Shown here: one piece after another, positions 36,574-46,522 of the stretch
Position numbering within the stretch: the stretch's first letter is position 1
Layout of the letters: every line of letters begins with the position of its first letter
NCBI GenBank assembly: GCA_963817525.1
Contig: CAWFOU010000001.1
Coordinates: forward strand, 352,001 to 416,000
Direction of reading: 5' to 3'
Source of the DNA: an uncultured archaeon
GTDB taxonomy: Archaea; Thermoproteota; Nitrososphaeria; Nitrososphaerales; Gagatemarchaeaceae
DNA length: 64,000 nt
The notes under the pieces: generated by a model
Database searches by the model: none
The model's input: only the letters and a program-made list of their open reading frames with translations
Told to the model about the DNA's origin: nothing
Program-made: the position numbers and the translations under genes

Positions 36574-37361
36574 CCAGTTTGCAATTCGGAGATAAACTGA
36601 GCCAGAGGAACCCCATCAACCTTGATGGGGAGCCAAGCGTCGGCTTGGGGATACATGTTGTCAAGGGAGAAGACCTTTCCGTCTTGCACGTAGAATAGGC
36701 CTTCGGCCCCTGCTGCCGTAACGTATGCATTACAGCAGACCGCTAGGTTGTTGATGTTGGTCCAATAGGGGATGTATGCGCTGGGGAAGCTGTCGGTGAC
36801 AAAGAAGATGTACGTCCCTCCTACTGTCAAGGTCGGGTATCCGAGAGGCGTCATAGTCGTCCCGTTCACGGTTCCGCCGATCCAAGCGAGGGTAGCGACT
36901 GTTCCCGCCGGAGCCACATAAGTTCCCGGTGACGAAAGTGTCTCCACATCTGTGAAGTTATACAGCATGAATGGGATGCCATTCACGGACACTGTGGTGG
37001 CTGACGTCACGTTCGCGAGCACCGCGGCTGAGTTCTGGAGTAAGTCGTGGAGAGTCGGGAACGTTGAATCAGGAAAGACGTAGACCGTGCAGTTGCACGG
37101 CCCCTTAAGGAAGCCAACCGTTTCAATACCTCCGTCTATGCTGGTTCCTATGGTGACGGTTCGCGTCTGCGATGTGACGCTAGCCGAGGCACTCGTGGTG
37201 AGGTTCTGAGTTTGGCTCGATGTTGTAGAATAAAATATCGTTTGTTCCGCTGACGAAACAGGACTCGTCGTCCTAGAATACATTGAGGCGGCGATTAGCG
37301 CCAAGAGTATCAGCGCCGCTATTACAACGGCCGCGGCGGTGAGGCCTCTCGGAGTTGGCAC
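36570..37361 (-). CDS. membrane-anchored extracellular protein (element cargo)
   Basis: N-terminal TM, S/T stalk, CNC and CC motifs. Confidence 0.75.
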   Translation of the reverse strand: MPTPRGLTAAAVVIAALILLALIAASMYSRTTSPVSSAEQTIFYSTTSSQTQNLTTSASASVTSQTRTVTIGTSIDGGIETVGFLKGPCNCTVYVFPDSTFPTLHDLLQNSAAVLANVTSATTVSVNGIPFMLYNFTDVETLSSPGTYVAPAGTVATLAWIGGTVNGTTMTPLGYPTLTVGGTYIFFVTDSFPSAYIPYWTNINNLAVCCNAYVTAAGAEGLFYVQDGKVFSLDNMYPQADAWLPIKVDGVPLAQFISELQTG

Positions 37362-37439
37362 GATGTGTCGGGAAGATAAATTCCCAAGGTTGATTTAAAG
37401 GATAAGAATACGAAATCGAACCAAAGGAGAAGCGCCCAA

Positions 37440-37461
37440 GGGCTGAGGCGCGTCTCAGCCC
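37440..37461. terminator. hairpin at the integrase 3' end
   Basis: GGGCTGAG-GCGCGT-CTCAGCCC overlapping the stop codon. Confidence 0.4.
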
Positions 37462-38621
37462 AGTTTGGCTAGGAGCTTCTGCATGATTCGGTTGTTCTCG
37501 ATGACCTGAGCCTTTAGCTCGTCGTTCTGTTTGCGAAGCGCCTCGATTTCGTCTGTATTGGCACTAGATCGGATTGGGTCTTTTGGCGTGTCTGGTTCGT
37601 TGGTTTCTCCGATTGAAAGATAGGGCGCTAGGAACCTATCGTATTCGTTGATGAGGTCTGCAAAGTCCTCCAGCGTATAGGTTCCTGCGTTGTGCCCAAG
37701 CGATTGCTTGTCGCCCATGAGGTAGTCCCATGAGTTGACGGGCATTACCGTCTTGCCTGCGATGGTGTGGAATCGCTTCCGCAGGTAGTGGCTCGTCAGC
37801 CTGACGCCGAACCTGTCAAGCGCGAGCTTGGTAATCTCGCGCCATATGCTGTCGTGGTTCGGGAAGGGTCTGTTTCGTCCCGCTGCCCTGGCGCGTTCTC
37901 TGATGCGGTCCGCCAAAGCTTTAGGGATGATGGAGATGTGTGCGTTTCGGGCCTTGGTCTGGCGCATCTGGACGTGAATTAGGACGTAGGAGCCCGCATC
38001 CTCCCACTGGTCTATGGTGACTTGGGACGCCAAGCAGGTAACTCGTTCCCCAGCGTAGGCTTGCAAGTCGATGATGTCTCGCTGCTCCTCCGTGGCGGCT
38101 TGGTAGATGGCTTGGAGGATGCCAATGCTAATCTTCTTCGTTGAATGCGTCCATGATGTGTTGAAGGACGCTTGGAGCGGCGTTCTGTTCGCCTTGAAGA
38201 TGCCTTTCACATAGGCGCCATACTGGCAGTTGGTGATTACGGGCGGCTTTGATACGAATTCAAGCAAGGCGTTGTCGATGGAAAAATCGTCGCGCCGTCG
38301 TCGCTCTCTTGTCTCACTGATTAGTTCCGAGACGGCTGTTCCTGTAATGGGTCGGTTGAGGTGCTGGAGGAAGCATCGTATGCCGTTGATTGAGTGGGTT
38401 CGTGTGCTGTGGCATACCGTGCCTCCGTTGCGCCGCCGGCTTCCCACAGATGCGTAGTATAGCTTCATGGCGGGGTCTGCTTGCAAGATGCGGTGAAGCG
38501 CTGCAAGTTCTTCGATTCGCTTGCGGTTCGGTCGTGGGTGGAATTGTCTGTAGGTGTTTACAAATGATTGCGCTTGCGGTTTTTCGCTTAACGCTTGACG
38601 AGTTAACTGATTATATTTATA
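37455..38621 (-). CDS. int(C): tyrosine recombinase body of the split integrase
   Basis: AGERV (R), QTK (K), HYLRKRF (HxxR), YLMGD...LGHNAGTY (Y), C-terminal coiled coil. Frame open through the att core. Confidence 0.9.
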   Translation of the reverse strand, partial: YKYNQLTRQALSEKPQAQSFVNTYRQFHPRPNRKRIEELAALHRILQADPAMKLYYASVGSRRRNGGTVCHSTRTHSINGIRCFLQHLNRPITGTAVSELISETRERRRRDDFSIDNALLEFVSKPPVITNCQYGAYVKGIFKANRTPLQASFNTSWTHSTKKISIGILQAIYQAATEEQRDIIDLQAYAGERVTCLASQVTIDQWEDAGSYVLIHVQMRQTKARNAHISIIPKALADRIRERARAAGRNRPFPNHDSIWREITKLALDRFGVRLTSHYLRKRFHTIAGKTVMPVNSWDYLMGDKQSLGHNAGTYTLEDFADLINEYDRFLAPYLSIGETNEPDTPKDPIRSSANTDEIEALRKQNDELKAQVIENNRIMQKLLAKLG

Positions 38622-38699
38622 GCATATTCCCGGGGCCGAGGGCCGTTCCCAGGTGCAAGTTATCAAGCCAGGCCGCCCGGCAGCAAGAGAGGCGGACGC

Positions 38700-39296
38700 T
38701 TGCTAGACAGGCTGAGGGGGTCCCTCACTGAGGTCCTCGCCTCGCTGGGCAAGAGCGCCGCCAAGCTCGTCCCCAGCCCCACCGCGTGGACGCTCGTGGG
38801 TCTGCTCTTCGCGCTGCTCGCGTTCGCATTTTACAGCCGGGGTGATCCGTTCCTGGCGGCCCTCATGCTCCTCGTCTCGGGGTTCTTCGACGTCCTGGAC
38901 GGGGCAGTGGCCCGGGCGACGGGCAGGACGAGCCAGAGGGGTGCGTTCCTCGACTCGACGCTGGACCGGGTCGCGGAGGTCCTCGTCTATCTTGGGATAA
39001 TCGTCGGCGGGTACACCAACCCCTCCCTCGTCCTAGTTGCGCTCTCCTCAAGCCTTCTGGTGAGCTACACCCGCGCGAAAGGCGACGCGCTAGGCGTGAG
39101 CCTCGCGGGCATAGGCGTCGGCGAACGGCCAGAGAGGCTGCTCGTGCTGATAGTGGCCTCCCTTCTGGGAATAGTCTGGCTCGGGGTCCTGATTGTGGCA
39201 CTGCTCGCGCTGATCACCTTCGTCCAGAGGACGGTCACCGTGAGCAGGGCGCTCGGGCGCCCAAAGGCGGCCGGCGCCACACAGCCGCCCCCGTGA
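38700..39296 (+). CDS. CDP-alcohol phosphatidyltransferase (archaetidylinositol phosphate synthase-like)
   Basis: DVLDGAVAR...GAFLDSTLDR. Confidence 0.9.
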   Translation: MLDRLRGSLTEVLASLGKSAAKLVPSPTAWTLVGLLFALLAFAFYSRGDPFLAALMLLVSGFFDVLDGAVARATGRTSQRGAFLDSTLDRVAEVLVYLGIIVGGYTNPSLVLVALSSSLLVSYTRAKGDALGVSLAGIGVGERPERLLVLIVASLLGIVWLGVLIVALLALITFVQRTVTVSRALGRPKAAGATQPPP

Positions 39297-39316
39297 GCTC
39301 TAGCTAGTCAAGGCGC

Positions 39317-39595
39317 TCAGAACTTGTTGTGTCTCTCGGACTTGGCCCGTACGTTCACTATACCGTAATGTACGGAACAGCTGATACAATAGTAACGAAC
39401 GGTGGTGGGCGCCGCGATGTAAGCGCCGGCCGCCCTGAGCTCCCTCGCGAGGAGGGGCTCGACCAGGCTCAGCCTCGTCGTGACCTTCTTCGCCTTGTCT
39501 CTCGGGACAAGCGCGCCGCAGTTGCTGCACGAAATGAAGCCGGAGCTCCCCTTTCCGCCCTTGGACCTTCCCCGACTCTTTCTCTTCTTTGTCAT
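39317..39595 (-). CDS. rps26e: 30S ribosomal protein eS26
   Basis: MTKKRKSRGRSKG, CSNCG..VPRDKA, YCISCSVH. Confidence 0.96.
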   Translation of the reverse strand: MTKKRKSRGRSKGGKGSSGFISCSNCGALVPRDKAKKVTTRLSLVEPLLARELRAAGAYIAAPTTVRYYCISCSVHYGIVNVRAKSERHNKF

Positions 39596-39710
39596 CCTAA
39601 TACCGGGAAAGGCGGCGCCAGGGCCTGCTTAAAAGGTTGGGGCACGCCAAAGGCGACGTCCGACTCCAGAAGTCTTAAGACGCTTCCGGAGTGGACGAAG
39701 GGGAGCCGGG

Positions 39711-40610
39711 TTGAATGTCCTTGTCGCGGGTTTCATCACTATCGACAGGATCGAGCTCAACCTGCGGCAGATAGTCTCGATAGGCGGGCCTCCGTGCTAC
39801 GCCGGCCTCCTGTGCGCCAGGTTCGGCTTCGACGTGACGCCCCTCACCAAGGTCGGACCCGACTTCCCCGACGAGCAGATCGTATGGCTCGCGCGCAACG
39901 GGCTCCAGCTCCGCGCAATCGACAGGAGCAGCACAAAGAAGACGACCCGCTTCAAGCTCGTCAACAAGGGGGACGAGCGCTCGCTATACCTCGTCGAGAG
40001 GTGCGAGGACCTGACCCTCGACCAGGTCCCGGACAAGCAGTTCAACGCCTCGCTCATCAGCCCGCTGGCGCACGAGGTCTCGACGCAGCTCTTCGAAGAG
40101 ATAAGGAAGCGCTCTGACTTTTGCTTCTTGGACCCCCAGGGGTTCGTGAGGATGTTCGAGGCCTCGGGGAGGGTCATCGTCGACAGCTGGAACGACGAGA
40201 AGGTGCTCGGGAACGTGGACGCGCTCAAGATGGACCTCGAGGAAGCCCACGCGCTGACCGGGACCTCCGATGGCAAAGCCGCCCTCGTGAAGCTCTCAAA
40301 GAAGGTGAGGAAGGCGGTGGTCACCAGGGGGAGCGAGCCCGCCCTGGTTCTCGACGGGAACAAGATCTCTCAGGTGGAGGTCCCGAAGGTCAAGGTGCTG
40401 GACAGCACCGGCGCGGGGGACATCTTCGCGGGCTCGCTCATCAGCTGCTTCCTGCGGTCGCGCGACTTCCTCTGGTCGTGCTGCTTCGGCATAGCCGCGT
40501 CCTCCATGTCTCTCACCTCCATAGCCCTGGGCAAGATAGAGCTCCCGCACAGCGTCGACCAGCAGGCGAGGAAGCTCTACGCCTCGGCGACGACCGTCGA
40601 GACCGTGTGA
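39711..40610 (+). CDS. PfkB-family carbohydrate kinase
   Basis: GGPPCYAG, LDPQG, DSTGAGDIF. Confidence 0.88.
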   Translation: MNVLVAGFITIDRIELNLRQIVSIGGPPCYAGLLCARFGFDVTPLTKVGPDFPDEQIVWLARNGLQLRAIDRSSTKKTTRFKLVNKGDERSLYLVERCEDLTLDQVPDKQFNASLISPLAHEVSTQLFEEIRKRSDFCFLDPQGFVRMFEASGRVIVDSWNDEKVLGNVDALKMDLEEAHALTGTSDGKAALVKLSKKVRKAVVTRGSEPALVLDGNKISQVEVPKVKVLDSTGAGDIFAGSLISCFLRSRDFLWSCCFGIAASSMSLTSIALGKIELPHSVDQQARKLYASATTVETV

Positions 40611-40612
40611 GC

Positions 40613-42046
40613 TCAGTAGGCCTTTGCCAGGTAGGCCAGCTCCGTCCCCTTCATCCCGCACCAGGTGCATGTCTCTGCGTGCTTCTCCTGGATGTCGACC
40701 CTCTTCCCACGCACCTCGTACCCCCCCGTCTGGGCCTTTATCTCGCGGGCGCACTCCTCCCTCCCGCAGAAGGTGAACTTGATGAAGCCCCCCACACCCC
40801 TCGCCTTGGCGAGCAGGTCCTCCTTCGATGAGGCCTCGTGGATGTTGGAGTTCAGCCACTCCCACGCCTTCCGGGACATGTCGGCGAGCATCTCGCGCTC
40901 GAGCGAGGCCAGGTGCGAGACCAGCGAGTCTTCCTTCACGCTCTCCCTCTTCCTCAGGTCTCTCCTGGTGACGGTGAGCACCTTGCTCTCCGCCTCCCGA
41001 GGGCCTATCTCGATCCTGACCGGGGTCCCGAGCATCTCCCAGCGGTAGAACTTCTCGCCCGCGGTCTCCGAGCCGTCGTCGACCTTGACCCTGTAGCCGG
41101 CATCCGCCAGCCTCCCTTCGAGGGCCCGGGCGTAGAACGCCAGCTCGGGCTCGTTCCTTATCGGGATGATCACAACCTGGACGATGGCCGCCTTGAAGGG
41201 CAGCACGAGGCCGTAGTCGTCGCCGTGGACGGATATCACAAGGGCGGCTATCCTGGAGACCCCAGGCCCGAAGCAGGTGGACTCGGGGACCACCTTCTGC
41301 CCGTCGGACGCGAGGTATGACACCTCGAACGGGCCTGTGAACCTCTTCCCCAGGAGGTGGGTCGTAGCGGACTGGAGCACCTGCTTGTCAGGCAGGACGA
41401 CGTCGTACGCGAGGCTCCTCTCCGCGCCAGGGAACCTGTCGAAGGGCTCCCTCTCGATGGGGAGGAAGGGGAGGCCGAACTCCTCGAACGTCTTCCTCGT
41501 GATCTCCATGTCCTCGGTGAGCTGGGCCTCCGCCCCCTGCCTCGTCGCAAAGACGTCGTGGGACTCGATCCAGAGGAACTCCCTCCCTCTGAAGAGTGGC
41601 CGGGTGGCCTTGGTCTCGTGGCGGTAGACCGCGCAGGACTGGAAGGCCTTGAACGGGAGGTCCCTGTAGCTCCTGATCCAGAGCGCGTACATCGGGTATA
41701 TCGCAGTCTCCGAGGTGGGCCTGATGAAGAGCCTCTCCTCCAGCTCCTCGCCCCCGGCCTTCTCCACCGAGAAGACCTGGTTCTCAAAGCCCTTGACGTG
41801 CTCCTTCTCCACAAGGAGGTTCTTGTACGGTATCAGGAGGGGGAAGAGCATCGCCTTGTGCCCGCTGGCGATGAGGTGCCTCTCGAGGCTCTCGTAGATC
41901 TCGCGTATTATGTGCATCAGGTTGGGCCTGAACACGACGAACCCCTTCACCCCGTACCTCACGTCGGCGAGCTCTGCCTTCTCCGAGACGAGGTCGTACC
42001 ACTCGCCGAACTGCTTCGTCTTTTCAGGGAGGGGGGCCTTCGCCAA
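40613..42046 (-). CDS. proS: prolyl-tRNA synthetase (archaeal/eukaryotic type)
   Basis: IRPTSET, RPLFRGREFLWIE, C-terminal AKAY. TTG 42046 inferred. Confidence 0.95.
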   Translation of the reverse strand: MAKAPLPEKTKQFGEWYDLVSEKAELADVRYGVKGFVVFRPNLMHIIREIYESLERHLIASGHKAMLFPLLIPYKNLLVEKEHVKGFENQVFSVEKAGGEELEERLFIRPTSETAIYPMYALWIRSYRDLPFKAFQSCAVYRHETKATRPLFRGREFLWIESHDVFATRQGAEAQLTEDMEITRKTFEEFGLPFLPIEREPFDRFPGAERSLAYDVVLPDKQVLQSATTHLLGKRFTGPFEVSYLASDGQKVVPESTCFGPGVSRIAALVISVHGDDYGLVLPFKAAIVQVVIIPIRNEPELAFYARALEGRLADAGYRVKVDDGSETAGEKFYRWEMLGTPVRIEIGPREAESKVLTVTRRDLRKRESVKEDSLVSHLASLEREMLADMSRKAWEWLNSNIHEASSKEDLLAKARGVGGFIKFTFCGREECAREIKAQTGGYEVRGKRVDIQEKHAETCTWCGMKGTELAYLAKAY

Positions 42047-42105
42047 CGAATTCCGTGCGCCCGCGCCCCGGACGAGATTTAAGGCTTCGGCGCTTTGGAG
42101 GCGCC

Positions 42106-42726
42106 TCACGCCCCGGCCAGGGTCGTGACTATCACCGTCACGCCTATCACCGTGAAAACGACGATCGAGAGGTACTTTATCCGTTTGGGGGACAAGATCC
42201 TCCCCAACCTGTTCCCGAGCGCCGTCTCGACCGCGACCGCGCCGACGAGACCAATGACCGCCCCCGCGAAGACCACGAGGGCGTCCTGGAAGCGCGCGAG
42301 GAAGACGATGGTCACGAGCTCCGTGGCATCCCCGGCCAGGTCGAGGAGGACGAGCGTCGCCACGGCGGGGATGAATATCGACCAGACGCTCTTCGCGCTC
42401 TTCTCGAGCAGCCTCTCCTCCCTCTGGTCGACCTTGCTCTCCTCCCTCGAGAGCCTGTAGAACTCCAGCGCGGCGTACCCCAGCATTATCGCGCCGCCCG
42501 CCAGCTTGATGGCGAACACGGGGACGACCGCTATCAGAACTGAACCCACGAGTACGATCACGGCGGTGCTGATTGTGAACGCGACCGACCCGGCGAGGAA
42601 GACCACCGAGGCCTTGGTCTTGGTGGCGAGCGCGAGGAGGAAGAGGGCGTCCTTGTCGGTGAGCTCGGCTACGAAGACCGTTCCCATCGTCGTGAAGAGC
42701 GCGGCGAGGATGGCCGTTTGGTCCAG
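42106..42726 (-). CDS. TMEM165/GDT1 (UPF0016) cation transporter
   Basis: AELTDK and DLAGDATE motifs. N-terminus extends to CTG 42726. Confidence 0.8.
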   Translation of the reverse strand: MDQTAILAALFTTMGTVFVAELTDKDALFLLALATKTKASVVFLAGSVAFTISTAVIVLVGSVLIAVVPVFAIKLAGGAIMLGYAALEFYRLSREESKVDQREERLLEKSAKSVWSIFIPAVATLVLLDLAGDATELVTIVFLARFQDALVVFAGAVIGLVGAVAVETALGNRLGRILSPKRIKYLSIVVFTVIGVTVIVTTLAGA

Positions 42727-42859
42727 CTCACGTCGCCTCCGATGCCGTCTTCGAGCCCATCAGGCCCGCCCCTCTGCCGAGGTTCGGGTAAAGGCTTTGC
42801 AGACGGAATCGGGGAAGAGTGATATCTCCCCAGAGCTGGTGCCATGACGAGATACCCGC

Positions 42860-43726
42860 TTGCGCACGCTAACCATAGGCTTCCAGGGGGAGCACGGCGC
42901 CTACAGCGAGGAGGCGATCTTCAAGCAGTTCGGGAGGGACGTAAAGACAGTGCCGGCGGTGAGCATACACGAAGTCTTCAACCTCACCGAGGCGGGGGCG
43001 GTCGACCTAGGGGTCGTCCCGGTGGAGAATTCAGTCGAGGGGAGCATCAACGAGACCTACGACATGCTTCTCTCCTCCAACCTCACAGTCGTCGACGAGG
43101 TCGTCCTGCGGGTCGTCCACTGCCTCATCGCCCTCCGCGCGGCGAAGCTCGAAGGGGTCAAGGTGGTCTACTCGCACCCCCAGGCCCTCGCGCAGTGCCG
43201 TAACTTCATCACCTCGCTTGGGGTTGAGCCTATCGTCACCTACGACACGGCCGGGAGCGTCAAGATGATCAAGGAGAAGAGGCTCAAGGGGGCCGCCGCC
43301 ATCGCCGGCGAGAGGGCCGCGGCCATCTATGGCCTCAAGGTGCTCAAGAAGGGCATCGAGGACTACTCCACCAACTCGACTCGCTTCCTGGTCGTCTCGA
43401 GGGAGCCATCCGCGGAGGGCGAGCGTGGACCGGCATCCCGACGCGGGGTGAGCCAGGGGAGCAAGACGTCTCTGATCTTCGCGGTCCCCCACACGCCGGG
43501 CTCGCTCTACAACGCCCTCGAGGTCTTCGCGAGGGCGAAGATCAACCTTACGAAGATAGAGTCCAGGCCCACGAAGGAGCGTCCCTGGGAGTACTACTTC
43601 TTCGTGGACTTTGAGGGGCGAAGGGACGACAGGAAGGTCGTGGAGGTCCTGACCGAGCTCGCCACGAAGACGGCCTTTCTCAAGGTCCTCGGCTCCTACC
43701 CTCGCTCGAGGGCAGATCGCTCCTGA
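42860..43726 (+). CDS. pheA: prephenate dehydratase
   Basis: FQGEHGAYSE, PVENS, SHPQALAQC, NSTRF, NLTKIESRP. Confidence 0.95.
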   Translation: MRTLTIGFQGEHGAYSEEAIFKQFGRDVKTVPAVSIHEVFNLTEAGAVDLGVVPVENSVEGSINETYDMLLSSNLTVVDEVVLRVVHCLIALRAAKLEGVKVVYSHPQALAQCRNFITSLGVEPIVTYDTAGSVKMIKEKRLKGAAAIAGERAAAIYGLKVLKKGIEDYSTNSTRFLVVSREPSAEGERGPASRRGVSQGSKTSLIFAVPHTPGSLYNALEVFARAKINLTKIESRPTKERPWEYYFFVDFEGRRDDRKVVEVLTELATKTAFLKVLGSYPRSRADRS

Positions 43727-44319
43727 CGTCAGGAGCCATCCACGACGCCGACTCCCTGTCGCTAGTCTCGGAGGAGGTCAGGCGTTGCACAAAATGCCCC
43801 CTCTCGCTTGCGAGGACCAACGCCGTCCCGGGCGAAGGCCCCCCCGACGCCGACGTGGTCCTTGTTGGCGAAGGCCCCGGAAGGAACGAGGACCTTCAGG
43901 GGAGGCCGTTCATCGGGGCGGCCGGGAAGCAGCTGGAGGCGCTCCTAAGGGAGGCCGGGCTGGCGAGAGGCGACGTATACATCACCAACGTGGTGAAGTG
44001 CCGCCCACCCGAGAACCGCCGCCCCACCGGCGCGGAGGCGGACGCCTGCCAACCCTACCTCGTGAGGCAGCTTGGGCTTCTTCGCCCCAAGGCCGTGGTC
44101 CTGCTCGGGGACAGCGCGCTGAAGCGCTTTCTCCCGGCAGAGGGCCTTTCAGGCGCGCACGGCAGGGCTTTCGAGCGGGGGGGCATCGTCTTCTTCCCTA
44201 CATACCATCCCGCCGCCATGATCTACAACCGGTCCCTCGAAGCCGTTTCTAGCGAAGACTTTCGGGCGCTCGGTAAGGTATTGGATGGCCTGGGCACGAG
44301 AAAGAGGCGGGGCCTCTAG
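43723..44319 (+). CDS. udg: family 4 uracil-DNA glycosylase
   Basis: CTKCPL, VGEGPG, NVVKCRPP, TYHPAA. Probable CTG start. Confidence 0.9.
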   Translation: MTSGAIHDADSLSLVSEEVRRCTKCPLSLARTNAVPGEGPPDADVVLVGEGPGRNEDLQGRPFIGAAGKQLEALLREAGLARGDVYITNVVKCRPPENRRPTGAEADACQPYLVRQLGLLRPKAVVLLGDSALKRFLPAEGLSGAHGRAFERGGIVFFPTYHPAAMIYNRSLEAVSSEDFRALGKVLDGLGTRKRRGL

Positions 44320-44327
44320 CCGCTGGG

Positions 44328-44924
44328 CTATTCCCTGTTGTAGACGAGCAGGAAGGCCGCCGCTAGGAGCAGGATGAGCCCTACGCCTAGCCCCGCTACC
44401 GTGTTGTGCTTGCCCAGCTCATAGACGGAGACGGGGGAGAGAACGAGGAGGACTATGATGCCGAGGTTCTTGAGGTTGACTCCCTGTAACTTGACCGAGG
44501 GCAGTATCAGGTAGCTGAAGAACACGAGGACGGCCGGGAAGATGAGCGGGTATCTCCCGTCGACCATGTTGAGGACGCCGTTCCCCAGGTTCCCGTCCGC
44601 GGAATACCACGCCGAGATGAACGCGAGGACGATGGAGAGCAGTGCTAGCTGCTGGAGCCTCCTGCTGAGGGTTGCTGTCGCGCCCTTCCGCGCGTTGGGG
44701 GCCTCCGAGTCAAAGTCCAGCACCACCGCGAGCGCCACGGCCGCGAACCCGAGGAGGAAAATGTAGGGGCTCTGGGTGACCTCGATGTACACGAGCGAGG
44801 GCATGACCGCTGACAGCCCGACGCCCGCCCATACGTAGAGCGCGTACACGAAGTTGATTATGAACGGGGCGGCGTAAAGGAGCAGCGCGACATCTCCGTA
44901 CTTCGCTCCCACCTTGTCGCTCAA
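44328..44924 (-). CDS. multi-pass membrane protein
   Basis: About 6 TM helices. Confidence 0.75.
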   Translation of the reverse strand: MSDKVGAKYGDVALLLYAAPFIINFVYALYVWAGVGLSAVMPSLVYIEVTQSPYIFLLGFAAVALAVVLDFDSEAPNARKGATATLSRRLQQLALLSIVLAFISAWYSADGNLGNGVLNMVDGRYPLIFPAVLVFFSYLILPSVKLQGVNLKNLGIIVLLVLSPVSVYELGKHNTVAGLGVGLILLLAAAFLLVYNRE

Positions 44925-44998
44925 TGATGTTCACCCGCGCGGCCGGGACGGGGTTAAAACTCTTCGCTTGTCGTGGGCGCCCAGCCCCCTCTCGCGGC

Positions 44999-45767
44999 CT
45001 ATGCGAGCTTCCTACCGAAGACCAGGTAGGCGGTGTGCGCGACCATGAACATGGAGGGCCTTGTCATACCCGTCCTCGCCTCGATGTTGCGGGCTATCAG
45101 CTCGAGGGTCTCCGTCGCCGCGAACCCCTCATCGTGGAGGGTCTGGACGAGCTTCTCGGCCTGGTTCATCGTAGGGCAGATCGCCGCCAGCATCGCAGAC
45201 GGGGCGAGCGCCTCCTTGACCGGCTTCACGAGCTCCCACGGGATCCCCCATGTCGATGAGCGCCGCGTCGAGGTCCCTCTCCTCGATGCCGAGCTTCGCA
45301 TCCTGGGTCTTCAGGGTGACGTGCGTCAAGAGCCCGAACCGCTCGAGGTTCCTCCTCGCACCCGACTGGAACTCGTCGTTGATGTCGTAGCTGAACACTC
45401 GGCCCTCGGGCGCCACTGTGTACGCCATCGCCGCCGTCGCGGCCCCGCTCCCCGTCCCCGCCTCGAAGACCCTGCTCCCTGAGTGGATGCCGCACTTGAT
45501 TATGATCATGCCGATGTCCTTTGGGTAGATGACCTGGGTCCTCCTGGAGAACTTCATCACGATGTCCTCGAGGGTCGGCTTCAGTATCATCAGCTCGTCG
45601 TTTAGCGTGGTGAGGACCCGAATCCCATAGTCCCTTCCCACGAGGGAGGCGCAGTCGAGGATACCAAGGTGGGTGTGGAGCTTCGGCGTCTCCGATACCC
45701 TGACTAGCCACTTCCTCCTCTTGTCCCTGTACACGAGGATGAAGGAGTCCGGCGTGATCTTCTCCAT
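44999..45767 (-). CDS. trmI: tRNA (adenine-N1)-methyltransferase; one extra base near 45241
   Basis: RRTQVIYPKD, EAGTGSG, D.GDPW, C-terminal HTAYL in the shifted frame. Confidence 0.88.
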
Positions 45768-45999
45768 GTTGCTTCTCGGGCGCCTGCCGCTAACGTTTAT
45801 TTGGCTTATGCATAGGTCCACGGCAAAACCCGCGTTCGCGCGTAGGTTGGGGCGGCACCCGCGGCGTTGCGCGCCAAGGGCGTGAAGTGGTGACTTTGGA
45901 AGGGGCCCCGGTCCGCCGAAGGGAAAGCCCCGTGAACGAGATGCCTTCGGTTGGATTCGCAGAGTCAGGCGGAGGCGAGTTTCGTGCACGAGGACCCTG

Positions 46000-46404
46000 T
46001 CATGAGTCCTTCCTCTGGTTGCGATACAAGGATCGGGTCAGTTTCTCCGCGGTCTTCGAGAGGAGTCGGGGGGCATCCATCATCATCCCCAGTCCACATA
46101 GGAACACGGCTACCCCGAGCGTGACCACGATAGGGAGGGACGTCTCGTAGAACTTCATGGAAGCGTAGCACCCTATCGACCCAGCGCCCCCGATAGCGCA
46201 TCCGAGAAAGGGCAGAGCGGTGCTGCTGAGGGCGACGACGAGACCGAACCCGCAGAGGATCGACCCGATGTTGATGAAACGGATCGCCCTCAGAGATTCG
46301 GCCGGCAGCTCCACGATGTGCCTCGGCGTCGTCAGATGGTTGCCGCACTGAAAGCAGTAGAGGGAGCTTGCTGGGATCTCCGCCTTGCAGGCCGGGCAGA
46401 TCAT
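46000..46404 (-). CDS. zinc-ribbon membrane protein
   Basis: MICPACK...YCFQCG followed by 3 TM segments. Confidence 0.7.
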   Translation of the reverse strand: MICPACKAEIPASSLYCFQCGNHLTTPRHIVELPAESLRAIRFINIGSILCGFGLVVALSSTALPFLGCAIGGAGSIGCYASMKFYETSLPIVVTLGVAVFLCGLGMMMDAPRLLSKTAEKLTRSLYRNQRKDS

Positions 46405-46522
46405 GGGTCTTCGATGCCCATCCTCGTTGGACGAAGGTCGTCTACCTCGCACGGCCGCCCGCCCCCTGGTCGTCGCCGATGCATGTCGGAGTCGAGGGAC
46501 GTTCGACCATTGTCGCACGCCT

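Larger units (their letters stand above)
33214..38621. mobile_element. integrated plasmid-like element (5399-bp predicted circle)
   Basis: 9-bp direct repeat ATATTTATA at 33214-33222 and 38613-38621, inverted arms ATAATC(T/A)GTTAAC, integrase, HUH Rep and RHH genes, lower GC, housekeeping genes on both sides. Confidence 0.9.

Noticed and set aside
33214-38621. Calling the element a provirus
   Set aside because: No recognisable capsid, packaging ATPase or large spike gene.
38622-38666. ORF-track N-terminus of the integrase (MITCTWERP...)
   Set aside because: Lies in host DNA outside the att core; probably a chance open frame.
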